From Camelus ferus (Eukaryota), in NCBI RefSeq assembly GCF_009834535.1, contig NC_045708.1, positions 29,636,001 to 29,700,000 of the forward strand: 64,000 nt of DNA, given 5' to 3'. The translations under genes and the position numbers were made by a program. The notes under the pieces were generated by a model, which was given only the letters and a program-made list of their open reading frames with translations, did no database searches and had not been told where the DNA came from. Positions 62,651-64,000 of this stretch are shown here, piece after piece (the first letter of the stretch is position 1; the number at the start of each line of letters is the position of its first letter).

Positions 62651-63249
62651 TTTAAAAAGACATGGATTTTGCACTTGAAAAATACAAAGCCTATGAGAAG
62701 ACAGACACAAACAAAAACAGATAATAAGGTGTGGTAGATGCTATGATAGAGGTTCTGAGCACAGGTTGGGGTTGGGGCTGGGGAGGGAAGGCTCACAGTG
62801 GGAGGCTTTAGAGAAGGTACAGTGGGCTCCGAGGACACATGGGATCTCACCAAGCAGAAAAGCAGACTAGTGTGAGCAAAAGCAGGATGATGCTGGAGGA
62901 AATCCTGAGTGAGTGAGAAGGCAGGCAGCTCAGTATGGTTAGAGGATTGGGTGTGCAGAGCGTAGCGGTGGGAGATGAAGCTGAGGACATGAATCAAGTC
63001 AGTCTTCAGATCTGTTTATTTAGATGAGTTCCTCGTAAACACTTGTTGAGTGAAAGAAGGAGCCTTCCCACAGACACGGCACATCTCACACATGGAGTTG
63101 CAGGCGTGGCAGCACATGCTGATGAGATGCAGCCTCATTGTGGTTTTGGAGCCTGTTTCTTCTAAAATTGTTAACTTCCTCCAAGTCCAATGTCTACCAG
63201 TCCCCAGGATTAGAAACCATCCTCATTCAGTTACAGTACTGACTCCCTG

Positions 63250-64000
63250 CTATGAATGCTGAGGGATTTTTTTTTTTTTTTGTATTTACTCTCTCCCCCA
63301 ACTTCCTTCCATACCATCTCACCATTTTTGATAATTACATATTTTTGGTTGTTCTGGCAGTTGCCTTTAACATCTTCCAATAACATCTTTAAATTTCTAT
63401 TTCCTGGTCTGTCAACCTTAGAGAGTATCTATTCACTTCCTGCTAGGAACGATGAAGAAATTCTACCTCCTGTCCTCTGTCCACCTTTGAATTCCTGTTA
63501 GTTATATATTTATTATTATTACATTGTCAAGTTTCATAACATTTGCATTCTCATGTATATTACAATTAAGTCTAGTCTATAGGTAAATTCTAAAAGTTGA
63601 AGCTAATAAACAATATGATTATAAAGACATCCTTTCCTGGAGAACCACCTGGTATGAATGGACCTAGAGAAAAGAAATGTAATTCCACATGATAAAAACT
63701 TTGTCACAAGAAGAAAAGTCTCTCACAGTTAAGAGCCAATCAAGTAAAGGAAGTATTTATGGCTCCCTTTACTTCTTGAATCCCACATCAGCATCTTTTT
63801 GGATTCCTTTTTTGACTGATAGAAATAACTCCACAGGGTTTTTTTTTCTTTTTCCTTCCAAAAATATGGATGACTGAGTGATAAACTTTTTGAACATTTA
63901 TACGTGAAAAGTCTTTATTTTGCTTTCAAAGTTTGAAAAGATAGAATTCTTAGTTCAAAATCATTGTTCTCCAGAATTTTGAAAACAGTGTTCCACTGTC
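63250..64000 (-). mobile_element. Old L1 fragments
   Basis: T-rich; gaaaagtctttattttgc and ttgaaaacagtgttccactgtc resemble antisense L1ME. Confidence 0.5.

Noticed and set aside
1-64000. CRISPR arrays, rRNA, snoRNA or miRNA genes, second protein-coding gene
   Set aside because: No supporting sequence pattern found.

Overview
Mammalian genomic DNA, most likely a camelid, judged from several tRNA-Ala(AGC)-derived SINE copies and the absence of recognisable Alu, Bov or PRE SINEs; the species cannot be determined. The whole window lies inside HIVEP3 (Schnurri-3/KRC/ZAS3) on the minus strand. The giant first coding exon starts at acceptor 49790, has its ATG at 49260, and its 3' end is lost in the N-run 44169-44516. 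A 146-nt coding exon follows at 40244-40099. The next, C-terminal zinc-finger exon is probably hidden in the N-run 5350-5569. The rest is intron with MIR, L2, CR1/L3, HAL1-like, L1, Tigger1 and MLT1 relics, camelid-type SINEs and a solo ERV1-type LTR with a perfect TSD. I found no convincing new gene or novel biological system. The most interesting observations are: N-runs that appear to replace real bases one-for-one and hide coding sequence; eight uATGs in the 5'UTR; a 9-bp tandem repeat encoding an Ala/Pro tract; a CpG island built partly from an L2 reverse-transcriptase relic; the solo LTR; and two internally deleted tRNA-Ala retrocopies. Comparisons to human proteins and repeat consensi are from memory, not database searches, and exon numbering follows my recollection of the human gene.
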